NCBI GenBank assembly: GCA_016926975.1
Contig: JAFGNP010000006.1
Location: 2,696 to 66,695 of the forward strand
From: Coriobacteriia bacterium
GTDB taxonomy: Bacteria; Actinomycetota; Coriobacteriia; Anaerosomatales; Anaerosomataceae
DNA length: 64,000 bases
Direction of reading: 5' to 3'
In this document: piece by piece, positions 62,781 through 64,000 of the stretch
Numbering within the stretch: position 1 is the stretch's first letter
Layout of the letters: every line of letters starts with the position of its first letter
Notes under the pieces: generated by a model
The model's input: only the letters and a program-made list of their open reading frames with translations
Told to the model about the DNA's origin: nothing
Databases searched by the model: none
Translations under genes and position numbers: made by a program

Positions 62781-63371
62781 ATGAGGATGAGAGCGGCACC
62801 GCTCCTTATCGCAGGGCTGGCGCTGGCAGCCCTGACGATCGTGGGGTGCACGTCCGACGGAGGGTCCACGGACGTCGCGGACTCGGAAGAGGCAACCGAG
62901 CAGAACGGCTTGGAAGTCGGCACCGAGGCGCCCGACTTCCGCATGAAGAACCAAGACCAGCAGACGTTCGCCCTCTCCGACTACAAGGGTACCAAGAACG
63001 TCGTTCTGGTGTTCTACCCGGCCGATTTCACGCCCGTTTGAGAAGGCGAGCTGTCCGGGTACCGTGACAACTACCAGTACTTCCAGGAGCGCGACACCGA
63101 GGTCTTCGGCATTAGTGCTGACGGTTGGGCATCGCACGCGGAGTTCAGGCGTCAGCTCGAGCTTCCTTTCGATCTGCTTTCCGACTGGGACCGCGAAGTG
63201 ATGCCGGCATATGGCGCGTTCAGCCCGCGGACCAAGATCGCCAACAGGTGGAGCTTCCTGATCGACAAGGAGGGTATCGTTCGCTTCACCCAACACACCG
63301 GTCTCAACGAGCCCCGTGATGTTGAAGCGATGATGGAAGAGGTCGACAAGCTCTATCAGGAGCAGCAGTAA
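62781..63371 (+). CDS. Lipoprotein peroxiredoxin (Bcp/AhpC-TSA type) with in-frame TGA (candidate Sec) at 63039-63041
   Basis: ATG 62781 with GAGGAGGGA upstream. Lipobox TIVGC. EAPDF....VVLVFYPADFTPV-TGA-EGEL, followed by 109 further in-frame codons with the rest of the Prx fold (VFGISAD...FPLLSDW-like...FLIDKEG). TAA at 63369-63371. Confidence 0.7.
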
Positions 63372-63419
63372 CCGGCGGTGGCTGTAGCACACAGGTGCGA
63401 GGCCGACAGGAGGGTTCTT

Positions 63420-63872
63420 ATGAGGCGGCTAGTCACGGTGGTACTTGTTGTCGCGCTTGCCGCGGTGCTGAGTGTCGGCATCGCCGGCTGCGATGAAGGC
63501 GCCACCACCGAAGAGAAGGCACCCTTGCACTTCATCCAGTTCTTCGATCCGGACTGCCCGTTCTGCCAGGCGATGGAGCCGACGGTGGACAAGCTTCGCG
63601 AGGAGTACGAGCCCAGGATCGAGAAGTTCGAGATCATCGATGTCTCCACGACCGAGGGCCTTGCACAGGCCGATGAGTACGGAGTGTTCATCACGCCGAC
63701 ATTCATCATCCTCGACGCGGAGGGCGAGGAGCTAGACCGCGTACAGGGTGCGGCGACCGAGGAGAGCATGATCAAGTTCATCGATCGCGGCATCGACGAT
63801 GTGACCGGGACGGCATCCGGCCCGCGTGAAGAGATACCCACCACGGGTGGTACCGAGCAGGGCAGCGAGTAG
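63420..63872 (+). CDS. Thioredoxin-like lipoprotein (CPFC)
   Basis: ATG 63420 with AGGAGGG upstream. Lipobox IAGC. FFDPDCPFCQAMEP...ITPTFIILD. It is the Cys paralogue of the TGA-containing ORF at 31714. Confidence 0.8.
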   Translation: MRRLVTVVLVVALAAVLSVGIAGCDEGATTEEKAPLHFIQFFDPDCPFCQAMEPTVDKLREEYEPRIEKFEIIDVSTTEGLAQADEYGVFITPTFIILDAEGEELDRVQGAATEESMIKFIDRGIDDVTGTASGPREEIPTTGGTEQGSE

Positions 63873-63890
63873 TCCTGACTGTCAGATAGG

Positions 63891-63924
63891 AGAGGGCCGG
63901 ATCCCTGTGGGGATCCGGCCCTCT
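63891..63924. terminator. Strong hairpin, probable bidirectional intrinsic terminator
   Basis: AGAGGGCCGGAUCCC [UGUG] GGGAUCCGGCCCUCU is a perfect 15-bp stem followed by UUUG. On the other strand an open frame ending ...ELKKGDNVIVE-stop (TAA, 63951-63953) converges on it. Confidence 0.7.
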
Positions 63925-64000
63925 TTGCGTGCGAGGTGCAGGTGAGTGGATTACTCCACGATCACATTGTCACCCTTCTTGAGCTCTTCCTTCGCCCAGG

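Overview
The window is a gene-dense chromosomal segment of roughly two-thirds G+C. I saw no rRNA genes, CRISPR arrays, transposases or integrases. All product calls come from motif recognition by eye, with no database search. The gene content (A/V-type ATPase, Stickland-type ornithine fermentation, multihaeme cytochromes, PIM-type lipid genes) suggests an anaerobic high-GC Gram-positive, possibly a Coriobacteriia-like actinobacterium, but that is only a guess.

Main blocks, left to right:
- 0-3.7 kb: an orphan REC-LytTR response regulator, a UPF0210/ACT gene pair, a DUF951 protein and an M23-like peptidase.
- 3.8-12.8 kb: a complete A/V-type ATPase operon (G/H-like, I, K, E, C, F, A, B, an extra 63-aa membrane ORF, D).
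- 13.1-17.2 kb: pmbA-tldD and a coiled-coil NlpC/P60 hydrolase.
- 17.3-22.5 kb: a 1458-aa secreted multihaeme cytochrome c carrying a large haem-free insert, translationally coupled to a membrane-anchored protein.
- 22.6 kb: an initiator-type tRNA-Met.
- 25.0-40.3 kb: a complete oxidative ornithine pathway (ord, ortA, ortB, oraS, oraE, mutL-like, orr). It is interrupted by a redox/metalloid cluster: a dihaem lipoprotein, an ArsP-like permease, DUF2703, ArsR and thioredoxin-fold proteins.
- 40.4-48 kb: an accessory-looking stretch with an SNase lipoprotein, a PARG-like protein, two predicted PD-(D/E)xK nucleases and a 0.67-kb ORF-free spacer.
- 48-53.8 kb: lipid genes.
- 53.9-58 kb: a cobalamin riboswitch, a Btu-type ABC importer and cobO.
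- 59.3-63.9 kb: a thiol-redox region.

Most notable hidden signals:
1. Two redox genes are split by the ORF track at in-frame TGA codons that fall exactly on the catalytic Cys position: a lipoprotein peroxiredoxin and a membrane-anchored thioredoxin-like protein. Both are candidate selenoproteins. A third, weaker case is a chain of three same-frame segments joined by TGA.
2. A glutaredoxin gene is coupled to a fusion of a ferredoxin:thioredoxin-reductase catalytic domain with a Rieske domain.
3. The giant cytochrome has a Kelch-like propeller insert.
4. A 29-nt motif is shared by the two halves of the split ornithine pathway.
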